IMG/VR virus record: IMGVR_UViG_3300031707_004017
Reading direction: 5' to 3' (one strand)
Length of the DNA stretch: 64,000 nucleotides
Source of the DNA: a virus
Taxonomy: Duplodnaviria > Heunggongvirae > Uroviricota > Caudoviricetes
Part shown: in pieces, positions 10,803-21,184 of the stretch
Layout: the number at the start of each line of letters is the position of its first letter
How positions within the stretch are numbered: the stretch's first letter is position 1
Notes under the pieces: model-generated
Seen by the model: the letters and a program-made list of their open reading frames with translations, nothing else
Told to the model about the DNA's origin: nothing
Database searches by the model: none
Program-made: the position numbers and the translations under genes

Positions 10803-11699
10803 TTATACATTTGCTTCAACGAAGTCCATTATCTCATACGCATCAGTCGCTATAACACTACCACTATCAATATAAACGTCTTCTACAAAATTCAAATTCT
10901 CATCAAATCTCATTATTTTCTGATCATCGGCATTATAAATCAACATTGTCGCACTTTTGCCCTCTTTAAGACCATAAATCGTCTTTGATATAAAATCCGA
11001 ATCACCAATATTTATTAATGATGCTGTAGCCTTAATGATTCGTTCACCATTATTTACATAAAAATGCCCGTTAGTTGAATGCTTTATCATACCATTATAT
11101 CTGTTATTTGCAAATAATTCAGGATATAACGAATACTCGCCATAAATTGTCCTTGTAACAAAACTAGAAAAACTAGTAGTCTCAGTCGTCTCAAAAATAT
11201 TTAAATCAGCTCCTCCAACAAAAAATGTATCCGACGGAGAAACGATGCCACGACAAATCGTCACGGGTTTAAATGCTAAATCTTTTACAACACCTAAATT
11301 GCCACTGACTCTAACACTAGTAAGAACTGTTGTTAGTCGTTCGATTCTAATAGCGACACCATAAATCAATTCGACACCGACAACATATAAATCTCCATTA
11401 GCATCCCAATGAATCGCATACGGCGTTCCCACAGTCGACGACGTGTCGTATGACGTAAGATAAGCTAAATTAGAATCTAATTTGACAATCCGTCTATTTT
11501 GAGAATCGCAAACGTAAATACTTCCACCAGAATCTCTAGTAATACCCCACGGAAAATTTAATGTAGTAACTGTTAAACCAGGTATTCCCCACGTACCAAA
11601 TTCAATACCGACATCATATGTAGCGGGAGCTGATACAGAACTTAATCTCTTGACCACGTGTCGATTAGTACGTTGCGTCAAATAAATTTTTTCAGCCAT
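10803..11699 (-). CDS. NHL-repeat protein paralog 2 (298 aa)
   Basis: N-term MAEKIYLTQRTNRHVVKRL; YVCDSQNRRIVKL NHL motif; C-term DVYIDSGSVIATDAYEIMDFV shared with paralogs. Confidence 0.8.
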   Translation of the reverse strand: MAEKIYLTQRTNRHVVKRLSSVSAPATYDVGIEFGTWGIPGLTVTTLNFPWGITRDSGGSIYVCDSQNRRIVKLDSNLAYLTSYDTSSTVGTPYAIHWDANGDLYVVGVELIYGVAIRIERLTTVLTSVRVSGNLGVVKDLAFKPVTICRGIVSPSDTFFVGGADLNIFETTETTSFSSFVTRTIYGEYSLYPELFANNRYNGMIKHSTNGHFYVNNGERIIKATASLINIGDSDFISKTIYGLKEGKSATMLIYNADDQKIMRFDENLNFVEDVYIDSGSVIATDAYEIMDFVEANV

Positions 11700-11711
11700 A
11701 AAACCTCTTTG

Positions 11712-12575
11712 TTAAACTTCAATGAAATCTGCTATATCATAAGCATCAAGTTGGACTGTCGCTCCAGTGGTCCAATAAATATCAGCAATAAAATATAGAT
11801 GCTCATCATACCTGACTAATTTTTGGTTATCGTTCAAATAGATAAGTAATGATCCATCAAGACTTTCTTTTAAACCTGTTATAGTTTTTGCAACAACATT
11901 TGAATCACCAATATTAACAAAATCAGAACCCTGTAAATTTATTCGTAATATTTGTTTTCCATTATTAACATACAAATCGCCGTTTGAATGCTTTATAATA
12001 GAATTATATGTCGTTGTCGTAAATAATTTCGGCCACGTCGTTGTCTCACCGACAACTGCTATTGTAGTAAATGCAGAGAATGACGATGTTTCAATAGTTT
12101 GAAATAAATTAAGTGCAGATCCTGAGACGATAAAACTGCCAGCAGCAAATCCTTTACATATACCTGTAGGCCTAAACCACAAACTGCCTGTGCTATTTAA
12201 ATTACCACTAACCCTAACACTAGCAAATGCCGTCGTCAATCGCTCAATTCTAACAAATGCGTTATTATAAACACCCACTATATATAAATCTGTATCAAAT
12301 AAAATTGCACACGGACTACCAATCGTTGATCTTGTGCTATATTCGCTAATGTATGCTAATCCTGAACTTAATTTTATTATTCTTTGATTACTAAAATCAC
12401 AAACGTAAATATTATTCGACGTATCTTTCACAACACCTCGAGGATTAGACAAATGTGTATTATCCGTACCTTTAGTTTTAAACACACCAAAATGACCTAT
12501 ATAAGTCGCAGGTGATGATGAAGCACTTAAACTTTTTACAATGTGTCTTTTAGTCCTTTGCGTAAGATAAATCAT
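11712..12575 (-). CDS. NHL-repeat protein paralog 3 (287 aa)
   Basis: N-term MIYLTQRTKRHIVKSL; YVCDFSNQRIIKL; C-term DIYWTTGATVQLDAYDIADFIEV. Confidence 0.8.
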   Translation of the reverse strand: MIYLTQRTKRHIVKSLSASSSPATYIGHFGVFKTKGTDNTHLSNPRGVVKDTSNNIYVCDFSNQRIIKLSSGLAYISEYSTRSTIGSPCAILFDTDLYIVGVYNNAFVRIERLTTAFASVRVSGNLNSTGSLWFRPTGICKGFAAGSFIVSGSALNLFQTIETSSFSAFTTIAVVGETTTWPKLFTTTTYNSIIKHSNGDLYVNNGKQILRINLQGSDFVNIGDSNVVAKTITGLKESLDGSLLIYLNDNQKLVRYDEHLYFIADIYWTTGATVQLDAYDIADFIEV

Positions 12576-12656
12576 AATTGTCCTTTATAAGAAAAAAGCT
12601 CGCACTATGCGGCGATAATGCAAGCTTTTCTAAAAACTAAAAATATCTGTAAACTG

Positions 12657-13169
12657 TTACAATAAACCTTCGTCCATTAGCCTGTTCATAAAAGCTTCTC
12701 TATTAGTATACGTTTGAATGTCACCATCTTTATCGACAGTGTACTCTTCAAGAACAGGTTCGCCATCTTTTTCATCATAATTTGTTTTAATAGTGATGTA
12801 ACCATCATCTGTCTTGACAGAATCTTCTGTCAAATATTTTTTTGTCGATTGAATAATTGGTACAATTTGAAGAGCTGGTCCCGTCATCACATCAATCACC
12901 TCATCGACGACTTGCGCAATTTTACATTCGTCATCATCAGATGATTTTTTCTTTTCTGGTTTATAATGAGGTTGCGGCGACTTTTTCAACTTACCGCCCG
13001 GTCCCCACTTTGCACCTGGTTTCTGCTTAGCTAGCCACCATGACAAGGCCCACGGGTTTGTAATATTCTTATGTTTTTTCATAGCACGTGTTGTCCCAGA
13101 CCAATTTTTGGGCGACACTGCTTCTTTTAATATCAAATCTGCAATTTTATTAATATTTGATCCTAACAT
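12657..13169 (-). CDS. hypothetical Lys-rich protein (170 aa)
   Basis: ORF track only. Confidence 0.55.
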   Translation of the reverse strand: MLGSNINKIADLILKEAVSPKNWSGTTRAMKKHKNITNPWALSWWLAKQKPGAKWGPGGKLKKSPQPHYKPEKKKSSDDDECKIAQVVDEVIDVMTGPALQIVPIIQSTKKYLTEDSVKTDDGYITIKTNYDEKDGEPVLEEYTVDKDGDIQTYTNREAFMNRLMDEGLL

Positions 13170-14017
13170 GTCACCTCCTCTTTATTCATTGTATGATGAG
13201 ATTTATGATAATTTCTAGCTTTTTCTATGTATTCACTTAAATCTTTTTCCGTGATTATTTTAAATGTTAAATTGTTTTGTCTACAATATTCTTGTGCAGC
13301 TAAAAATTTTGCTTGATTTTCTTTACTAGCTACTCTGCTTAATGGTTTAATTTCTTCTAAAACACTTCCTACTAAAATATCAGGATAATACCATCGATTT
13401 TGTTCATTTATTGTATATTTAATTCTAATGCTATGCCTTTTAGTATAACATTGCTTTAAATCATCTAATTGCATAAATCTAGCTAATTCGTAAGAACTAT
13501 CATAAAAATGTCCGTAATAACATCCTTGAAAAAATCCTGTATATGGTTTCCATGTGCCGTCAATAAAAGATTTGAATAACCCATCTGAAATGTGTTGTAT
13601 TCTTTCTTCGCTAAATTGTGGCTTTGCTTTTAAAGTCTCACTAATTTGTCTTTTTGTTTCTTCAGTGTGTTTTACACCAGGTCTTCCTGTTAACGTTTCA
13701 CTTATTCTTTGTCTATTTTTCTCGTCTGACATTCTTAATTTTGCAGCGCAAGACAAACTACAAGTTTTATCATCTCGTTTACTATAAGTTGAAAACCATT
13801 CTTTACACCATGGACATTGCTTTTTATGTAATATTCTTGTTCTTTGACTGTCACCTACTTTTTTATTTCGTTCTTCAGTATAAAGTTTCTTTTTATACTC
13901 TGGATCAGACATTCGTGAATTTGCACCGCAGGAATTGCTACAAAATTTACGTTTTCTATATCGCCACGTCAAAAATGGTTTATTGCACCATTGACAATTT
14001 ATTTGAATTTTACTCAT
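13163..14017 (-). CDS. triple zinc-ribbon protein with C-terminal PD-(D/E)XK nuclease-like motif
   Basis: Three repeats of CxWCxKxF...KFCSxSCxAxxRMSD; C-terminal YYPDILVGSVLEEIKP fits PD...(D/E)xK. Confidence 0.6.
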   Translation of the reverse strand: MSKIQINCQWCNKPFLTWRYRKRKFCSNSCGANSRMSDPEYKKKLYTEERNKKVGDSQRTRILHKKQCPWCKEWFSTYSKRDDKTCSLSCAAKLRMSDEKNRQRISETLTGRPGVKHTEETKRQISETLKAKPQFSEERIQHISDGLFKSFIDGTWKPYTGFFQGCYYGHFYDSSYELARFMQLDDLKQCYTKRHSIRIKYTINEQNRWYYPDILVGSVLEEIKPLSRVASKENQAKFLAAQEYCRQNNLTFKIITEKDLSEYIEKARNYHKSHHTMNKEEVTC

Positions 14018-14182
14018 AAGACGCTAACACTTCATTAATAATATCTTCATCTTTTATTCGATTTTTAAATTGGTCTTTAACTAACTGCCGGTCTTTCTTG
14101 GGTAAATGAACGAACTGATGTTCGAGTTGATCCATCACTCCATAATCAATTCGTTCTATTAATGGTCGTAAGACATTCATAA

Positions 14183-14905
14183 TTAATATACATTAAATTT
14201 AGGATCATATCCGCTTGTCAAACCTTCTACTGTACGATTATACATCGGTGATGAAACACCGACAGAATTTGTGATAAGTGAGCTCGGCATTCTTGCTTGT
14301 GTTGATGCTACCCATGCTGATCCACTCCACACGTAGTCTCTGTTTTGACTTTTTACCCAAACAATTTCACCTGTGACTGGTAATGATTCAACCCAAGCTG
14401 CAGCTTGCCATACATACTTACGATTTACCGTCCAACCATTAGCTGTTGCCGGCGCAATGTAGCTGTCACCATTTGCACCAAACTGTGATACGACCATCGT
14501 CATCGTTCCAGTAATCGCTGACAAATTTAGAAGTGAAACAACAACGAGTTTATTTGTGTTCGCAGTGATAGTTATTGTATGTGTGACATTTGAATACACG
14601 GCTGATGCAACATTTACTGCATCAGCAGCCGCAATAGCCGCAGCGAGATTTGTCAACGTCGTATCTTTATTTACGGCATACGCAGTAGTTGCAGCATTAC
14701 CATTAATCTTCAACGACACTGCACCTACAGTATATGTGCCTGCATTATCCGTAATCACTGTCACTGTAGAAACCGGTGCGACCATGCTTTTAATGACAGG
14801 TCCGATTATAGGATCGCCAGTTACAAATTTCGGATCGCTGAAATTCGGCGTCTCAATTTTTGACGAAGTACCAGAAACTGAAACAATTGTCGGTCCTGTT
14901 ACCAT
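14183..14905 (-). CDS. virion-associated protein paralog A (240 aa)
   Basis: Shares C-terminal module with next gene: NGWTVNRKYVWQAAAWVESLPVTGEIVWVKSQNRDYVWSGSAWVAS vs GNWTINNVERYHSAAWVSTAPVTGQTVWVENLGKNYVWSGTAWVAS; SD AGGAGGA. Confidence 0.7.
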   Translation of the reverse strand: MVTGPTIVSVSGTSSKIETPNFSDPKFVTGDPIIGPVIKSMVAPVSTVTVITDNAGTYTVGAVSLKINGNAATTAYAVNKDTTLTNLAAAIAAADAVNVASAVYSNVTHTITITANTNKLVVVSLLNLSAITGTMTMVVSQFGANGDSYIAPATANGWTVNRKYVWQAAAWVESLPVTGEIVWVKSQNRDYVWSGSAWVASTQARMPSSLITNSVGVSSPMYNRTVEGLTSGYDPKFNVY

Positions 14906-14935
14906 AATATCCTCCTATTAAGTTAATGTTAGCGA

Positions 14936-15391
14936 TTAATAAACACTGAAATGTTTATCATAACCACCAGTATTGTGACCCTCTCTAGAACGATTTGCAG
15001 CAGTTGACGAAACACCAGCAGTCATCAAAAACGTACTGCTTGCAATTTTCATTGATGCAGATGCGACCCATGCAGTTCCAGACCATACGTAATTTTTACC
15101 GAGATTTTCGACCCAAACAGTTTGACCTGTTACGGGTGCTGTGCTGACCCAAGCAGCTGAATGATACCGTTCGACGTTATTAATTGTCCAGTTACCTGCA
15201 GTCGCTGTTGCGATATATGTTACACCTTCATAACCACCTGTACCGTTCGCCCAAGGCTGAGCTGCGAGAAAACCTTTTGCCAACGACCCGACATTGATTT
15301 CGCTCATTGCGAACTTCGGATCATTATTTGTTATTCCGACTTTTGACGATACACCGGCAGAAAGAACTACTGTTTGACTAGATACTGACAT
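14936..15391 (-). CDS. virion-associated protein paralog B (151 aa)
   Basis: Paralogous C-terminal module (see above). Confidence 0.7.
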   Translation of the reverse strand: MSVSSQTVVLSAGVSSKVGITNNDPKFAMSEINVGSLAKGFLAAQPWANGTGGYEGVTYIATATAGNWTINNVERYHSAAWVSTAPVTGQTVWVENLGKNYVWSGTAWVASASMKIASSTFLMTAGVSSTAANRSREGHNTGGYDKHFSVY

Positions 15392-15478
15392 ATTAGCCTC
15401 CTGTGTTAACCATTATATAACAACTGTTATTTTGAATTTCTTGATTTATTTAATGTATATAAATTTTAAATTTATTGT

Positions 15479-16702
15479 TTAATTTTGCGTCATCATTTCA
15501 ACAACTTTTGTTTTATAAGATTCAGAATCTAGTTGTAATTGACCTTCATCTATTGATTTTTTCAAATCCAAAACTGTAGGCATTACTTTTTTAAGATCCA
15601 GGTCTTTTATAATGTCAATGGCATCATCAAAATTACCATTCAACAAATTTTTCCCAATTTCTCGAGATTTACTTTTAATCGCCATTTTATATTCTTCTGC
15701 AAATTGCTGTTTTATCTCATTAACTTTTTCAAAGAATTTATGAATTTTTTCTTTGCTATATTCGGGACGTTCAACAACAAATAGTTTATCATCAACACTT
15801 GGCAAATGATTCCATTTTACATAACCAACTGCTGAACTTAATGATCTAATCTTTGATTGTGCATTTTGAATCAGACTAAAAGCTTCAACAGTTGCACCTG
15901 ACGATACTTTATCATTAAGTACATCATTAAAAGTAGGAATAGAAAAATTCCTGACTTTATCAATATTTTCATTTATCATATCAGTATAATAGTCATAAAT
16001 AGGTTTTGCAGTTCTTGTAATTATTTTATTTTCAACTGCACGAACTTTATCACGTCGATCACTAGATGATCTTATTTGTCTAAGTTCTTGCCGTTTAGGA
16101 TCAACTTTTATCGCAAATACAGTGTATGGTTTATCTGGTAGCTTTTCAACAATTGTCGACATTCTTATATCAGGCTCTCTATCAGTATATGAACCTCGAC
16201 GGTGACTATATCGTTCTTTTATTTTGTACAAATACGTATCTTTCATTTTACCGTCTGGTTCAATAATCATTTTATTTTTATCATCAAGCACAGGCACTCT
16301 ACAATTAAATTTATCATCTCGATATGTGCGTCTTATGTAAAAAGCTGGCTTTTTACTTGTGATAGGGCCACCACTTTCAAATCCGACAATCAGTGCAACA
16401 TCAGCATCATCAAATGATTCTTTTAACATTCTAGGTCTTATCATGTCAGACAATTGTATTGCTTCAGAATTGCTACCTGCACCATCAAGAATACTTTGTT
16501 TTCTCCAATTCTTCGGTAAAGATCGTAAAATATACTTCATTTGATCAGAGACTTCACTTAGTGGCCTGACAGTCTGTCGCAATTTTGTTTTTCTATGAGT
16601 TTTGAGATAATCATTTTGTTGTTGTGGAGTGAGTTTTTTCCACCAATCTGGATCAATAGCAAATTTTAAGAACTCATTATGAATTAATGCTAAATACTTC
16701 AT
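15479..16702 (-). CDS. hypothetical protein (407 aa) sharing N-terminal domain with 34606..35790
   Basis: N-termini MKYLALIHNEFLKFAIDPDWWKKLTPQQQNDYLKTHRKTKL vs MKYIAQIQVEFLKIARKWSDLSDEEQRGYLKRHPKSKRKL. Confidence 0.65.
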   Translation of the reverse strand: MKYLALIHNEFLKFAIDPDWWKKLTPQQQNDYLKTHRKTKLRQTVRPLSEVSDQMKYILRSLPKNWRKQSILDGAGSNSEAIQLSDMIRPRMLKESFDDADVALIVGFESGGPITSKKPAFYIRRTYRDDKFNCRVPVLDDKNKMIIEPDGKMKDTYLYKIKERYSHRRGSYTDREPDIRMSTIVEKLPDKPYTVFAIKVDPKRQELRQIRSSSDRRDKVRAVENKIITRTAKPIYDYYTDMINENIDKVRNFSIPTFNDVLNDKVSSGATVEAFSLIQNAQSKIRSLSSAVGYVKWNHLPSVDDKLFVVERPEYSKEKIHKFFEKVNEIKQQFAEEYKMAIKSKSREIGKNLLNGNFDDAIDIIKDLDLKKVMPTVLDLKKSIDEGQLQLDSESYKTKVVEMMTQN

Positions 16703-16773
16703 GTTATCTCCTGCACATTATTTCGAACAATTATTGCAAACTTATCTATAAAGTATCATAATATCAACACAAA

Positions 16774-16808
16774 ATAAAAAAAGCTAGACGTTTCCGTCTA
16801 GCTTTTAC
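16774..16808 (-). terminator. rho-independent terminator hairpin (bidirectional-capable)
   Basis: aaaaaaAGCTAGACGtttcCGTCTAGCTtttt: perfect 9-bp stem, 4-nt loop, A/T runs on both sides, directly downstream of vWA gene stop. Confidence 0.6.
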
Positions 16809-16828
16809 AGTGTATAGTTCTTCTATAA

Positions 16829-17548
16829 TTACATCGAATATTGTACGATTCTTGATTTTGATAACGTGAGATCATCTCTATTAATATTAAGCATTTCACA
16901 AATTTTATCAACATCATATTTATTAGACAGCATATTCAATACTTTAGAATCGAGGTTAATGTTATCAAATTCAGTTTTCAATGTGCTTAATATAGCGTCC
17001 ATAGCATCATCATTCTCAATCAACATTCCGCCTGTAAAATTAGCAATAGTTTTAAAATTTAATCTAGCATTGTCGTCAGTACTTAATAGTATTGAATAAA
17101 CTACGACTTTCTTTTGTTGCATGACTGCTACTGCTTTTCCCCATGTTTGCCCACACGTGCAACAATTTTCGTCCGGTATCATTCCGTGAGCCGGTGCGTC
17201 TCCTATCAAAAATGCTATTTTTCTACTATCATCTCGCCACTTCATGCTAGCAGCACCATCAATTATGCCATCAATGACTGCTTCAGCATTATCACCACCG
17301 CCATCAACAGAGATCTCTTTTATTTTGTCCGTAATTTCATTAACATCCATCAAATCAAATGTTATAGTAACAAATGGATCTCCTTGTGATGGATGATCAC
17401 GATATAAACTTAAACCTACTTTTAAATCAACCTCAAATTTTTCAATTAAATCTGATAAAATTGATTGCATTTTATCTTTAGCGCTTTGTATAAAACCCGA
17501 CATTGAACCTGTTATATCTACAATAAATAATAAATCTACTTTACTCAT
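16829..17548 (-). CDS. von Willebrand factor A (vWA) domain protein
   Basis: MIDAS motif DITGSMS near N-terminus, FLIGDAPAHG; SD GGAGGTG 7 nt upstream. Confidence 0.8.
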   Translation of the reverse strand: MSKVDLLFIVDITGSMSGFIQSAKDKMQSILSDLIEKFEVDLKVGLSLYRDHPSQGDPFVTITFDLMDVNEITDKIKEISVDGGGDNAEAVIDGIIDGAASMKWRDDSRKIAFLIGDAPAHGMIPDENCCTCGQTWGKAVAVMQQKKVVVYSILLSTDDNARLNFKTIANFTGGMLIENDDAMDAILSTLKTEFDNINLDSKVLNMLSNKYDVDKICEMLNINRDDLTLSKSRIVQYSM

Positions 17549-18777
17549 TTTACACCTCCGATTGGTAGATTTTCAAGATATCCATTAGTCGCGCCTGATA
17601 AATCTCGTAAACCATCTTCAACATATCGTTCGAACTGCTCACGAAATACAAAATAAATTCTCATAATACTTGCCGGTTTGTTTTGCCATTCATCGATCGA
17701 ATGTCTGTCGCCAATTACATCTTGAGATATTTTAGCACCTGCACCTATTCCAACTTCAGCATTCATTAATCGCATTGAAACATGTGTAGCATTCGTCACT
17801 ACAGATTCATTCATTATAGAATCTTCATAAAACACGGGCGCAGGCGCGGCCAAACAAACATTAATCGCAAAATCATTTGAATCAGTTGATTTAGTAGTTG
17901 ATTTAGTGTATTCTTCAATCTTCAAACTAGATGTAAAACTTTCAGGTGAAACATATGAATGTCTTCTAACTACACCTCTAAATCCTGTACATCCCTGACA
18001 TCCAGTTATACCTCTATAATCAGACATTGATAAAGAGCTAGAATCAGACATTGAAGAGTCACTAAGTCTACCTCTAGAATCAGACATTGATAAAGAATCA
18101 CGAAGTGTTGTTTGTCTAAATATTTTTGGAAATTTATTTTTCAATCTATTACCATTCTCGTAATCTGTCTTACAATCTTTCAATTGATAAAAACAAAAAC
18201 CAAAAGCGGGAACTGTATCTTCTTTACCAATTACAAGTTCAGGTATTGATTTTGTCATATCTTCAGTAAAATAAAATTGTCGAACAGTTCCGTCAGCCGA
18301 CTTAAATCCATCCCAATAAAATGGCATCGGATCTGCTATATAATTTTGTTCCGGCCATTTAAAATTGCACTCTGGACATAATCGACCATGTAAAAATTTG
18401 ACATTATGTATTGGACAACGTTCTTTATATTGTTCAAGACATAAACCATTAATTCTAGCGCCCGTTATAGGATTCATTCCCTTTACTGATGGTAAAATTG
18501 AAATATTGTTATTATTCATCGTCCAGTTAAACCACAACGCCCAATCAGCCTCAATCGGACAGACATATGATCCTTGACCGCCAATCCAAAAATTAGGTCG
18601 ATTTTTCAAATAATCTACCGGTAAACACGGTATAGGAATGCCGGGCGGCAATGATGAATTGTCATCATCTTTCTTTTTATCAGACCGCATTATTGCCGCG
18701 TAAAATCCATTTGATTCCATAACACGATGCATATTACTAGTCATTGAAAATCCTAAAATATTTCTTGATGATAACAT
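17545..18777 (-). CDS. hypothetical protein (410 aa) with Ser-rich tandem repeat
   Basis: ORF; SLSMSDSRGRLSDSSMSDSSSLSMSDYRG encoded by tandem DNA repeats near 18040-18110; 4-bp overlap with vWA gene. Confidence 0.65.
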   Translation of the reverse strand: MLSSRNILGFSMTSNMHRVMESNGFYAAIMRSDKKKDDDNSSLPPGIPIPCLPVDYLKNRPNFWIGGQGSYVCPIEADWALWFNWTMNNNNISILPSVKGMNPITGARINGLCLEQYKERCPIHNVKFLHGRLCPECNFKWPEQNYIADPMPFYWDGFKSADGTVRQFYFTEDMTKSIPELVIGKEDTVPAFGFCFYQLKDCKTDYENGNRLKNKFPKIFRQTTLRDSLSMSDSRGRLSDSSMSDSSSLSMSDYRGITGCQGCTGFRGVVRRHSYVSPESFTSSLKIEEYTKSTTKSTDSNDFAINVCLAAPAPVFYEDSIMNESVVTNATHVSMRLMNAEVGIGAGAKISQDVIGDRHSIDEWQNKPASIMRIYFVFREQFERYVEDGLRDLSGATNGYLENLPIGGVK

Positions 18778-18820
18778 AGCAAGCCTCTTCTATTAAAGGG
18801 AGGCAACATCCTCCCTTTGA

Positions 18821-19789
18821 TTAATATTGCGTATGAACTACTCGGAAAGGATCACCGTTTTTTGTTTTTGATAGTCGGCGCTTTAAAGTTGGCAGTTTAT
18901 CTTCTTCTTTTAACTCCGTATATGTCAGATACAATTTTGGATAAAGCGCCACCAAATTATCAAATGACTGTTGCAAATAAGATCTTAAATTACTCGGCTC
19001 TATTTTGTGACTTTCAGAAATTAACCGTAAGAAAATATATTTATCCTTGTTTGTATCAAAGTCGAGCCATTTTAAACCACATTCTTCACAATATCCATCA
19101 ACTAAAAGAATGTTTGAATGAACTGGACATTCGTATAAAACATTCATTGGATAATCGCCGACCTTGTAAACGGGTTTAATAGAAGAGTCCACAGCATATG
19201 TATTCGGCATTTCACGGTGTCGAGCTTGCCGCAACAGAATAAGAGACATATCAATGTCAACAGTGTCATTATCTTTAAAAATGATAACTGGTCGTCCCTT
19301 AGATCTTTTAAGCAGTTCACATTCAACTTCTGAAGAACAATCTTTATTATATTTGGCAAGTAGTTCAAAATCTGACCATTGACCTATTGGTTTGTTTTGT
19401 TGAATACTTGACAATAGCATTTTAAGCGTCACTGCATCATTAGTCGTAGTATATGAATCAGACATATTAGTAATCTGTAAATCATCTATCGGTACCTCAG
19501 TTTGTTTGAATGGATCACGACCTTGTAATATTAATGTGGCAACTTTTACTCGCGGTCCCGGCACAGAATGACCCTTACTTTTTAACGCGACATCAAGCTC
19601 TGCAACATTGACATTTGACTCAAGAATTTTAATACTTAAATCAGAATCATCAATAACACCGACATCATGTAGTGCACTAGTGATTGTTGCCTCAGCGTCA
19701 ACAAGCTCATCTAAATTATTTTTTAAAAACGGTTGAATTACAATTGCGGCTTCTTTAATGCGAGATACAATCGTAGGTTTTGTAAACAT
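18821..19789 (-). CDS. hypothetical protein (322 aa)
   Basis: ORF track only. Confidence 0.65.
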   Translation of the reverse strand: MFTKPTIVSRIKEAAIVIQPFLKNNLDELVDAEATITSALHDVGVIDDSDLSIKILESNVNVAELDVALKSKGHSVPGPRVKVATLILQGRDPFKQTEVPIDDLQITNMSDSYTTTNDAVTLKMLLSSIQQNKPIGQWSDFELLAKYNKDCSSEVECELLKRSKGRPVIIFKDNDTVDIDMSLILLRQARHREMPNTYAVDSSIKPVYKVGDYPMNVLYECPVHSNILLVDGYCEECGLKWLDFDTNKDKYIFLRLISESHKIEPSNLRSYLQQSFDNLVALYPKLYLTYTELKEEDKLPTLKRRLSKTKNGDPFRVVHTQY

Positions 19790-20014
19790 GATCGACTCCC
19801 TTTTGTTTTGTGAACTTTAATTCAGTTCGTGCCATACTTATTTAGTATGACGTTTAATACTTTGTGACCTTTATTTTCGGTCACATTTCCCTAATTAAAT
19901 TTAATCTCGTTTATCTCCTTTCTTGTTTAATTTCTATCTCCAAATTATAATTTACGGATTTTATCAATCAATTTACAATTCACAATCTGAGCAATTTCAA
20001 AAACTGTTGATAAT

Positions 20015-20749
20015 TTAATTTGAAGAAGACTTTAATGAAGAAATAGACTTGACTTTCAAGCGCTTATCACTGACAATCGAGAAGTATGAGAACAAATCAC
20101 CGACAGTTAAATTGTATTGATCATTCTGCTGCGACTGTCTGATTTCATGCAATAACCATCGCCGTAATTCAGTCGCTACTTTATTTCCTATTTCAATATA
20201 GGCGTCAAATATTGGTACGTACCTGCTATGAACTTTTATTGGAAACGTCTTGCATTTGCTTAAATCTAATAATTTTAATTTAGTAATTATAATGCAAGCT
20301 TTAATAAACATGTCATCGTGTGTAAACTGACTAACATATTGTTTTCGTTTAGCATTGGTTATTTTAGCATTCGAAGATACTATTGTTTCAATCGAATTAA
20401 ATGATCGTACTTTTTCAAAAACCATTTTACCAAAAATGAAATAAACATCATCCATCGTTAATAGTTTAGAACCATTAATAACATAGTCTAATAATAACGC
20501 CGTGATATTTATTGCTAAGAGCTGCTTATCAATTTGAAATGATGGTAAGACTTTTTTAATGTAATGATTCAGTTCTACTGTTAAAAACTTAACAGCAATT
20601 TTCGGTTCTTCTACATTCATCGATCGTAATAATTGTGAATATTTAGCCATTCTATAAGCCAACAATATCTGCCGTAATGAATTTTTGTTTTTAATAAGCG
20701 ATGTAATCCACGAAATAAATGAATCGTTATTAAAAGTATATGATGACAT
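20015..20749 (-). CDS. hypothetical protein (244 aa)
   Basis: ORF track only. Confidence 0.6.
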   Translation of the reverse strand: MSSYTFNNDSFISWITSLIKNKNSLRQILLAYRMAKYSQLLRSMNVEEPKIAVKFLTVELNHYIKKVLPSFQIDKQLLAINITALLLDYVINGSKLLTMDDVYFIFGKMVFEKVRSFNSIETIVSSNAKITNAKRKQYVSQFTHDDMFIKACIIITKLKLLDLSKCKTFPIKVHSRYVPIFDAYIEIGNKVATELRRWLLHEIRQSQQNDQYNLTVGDLFSYFSIVSDKRLKVKSISSLKSSSN

Positions 20750-20751
20750 AA

Positions 20752-21153
20752 TTAGAAAAATTTAAACGGTTTTAAAATAGTATCTAAATTAATTTTTGTT
20801 TTTGGCTGTTTTACAACCTCGTGCGTGTCATTATTTAAATCATTATTCACGATGAAATCGTACTTATTAATCGTAATCGCAGTCGAGATAAAAGATTTCG
20901 TTTTGTCATTATATCTCACTATAAGCGAATCATTATCATCAAAAGTAAGAATGATTTCATCAAAACCTTTAACTGTGTGCAATGTTTCTAAATGTCCAGG
21001 ATCGCTATCATAATCATTCATAGTAAATATAATAGGTCGTAATTCAGTAACCGCACCTTTAAATAATAAGATTTGTTTGGGATTATTAATTAAATTACGT
21101 TCACATTCTTCTTTAGTTTTAAAGTTTATAGGTTTTAAAACAATCTTCTTCAT
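20752..21153 (-). CDS. hypothetical protein (133 aa)
   Basis: ORF track only. Confidence 0.55.
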   Translation of the reverse strand: MKKIVLKPINFKTKEECERNLINNPKQILLFKGAVTELRPIIFTMNDYDSDPGHLETLHTVKGFDEIILTFDDNDSLIVRYNDKTKSFISTAITINKYDFIVNNDLNNDTHEVVKQPKTKINLDTILKPFKFF

Positions 21154-21184
21154 TAAAATTCTCTCTTGAAATTCTACTCAAATG

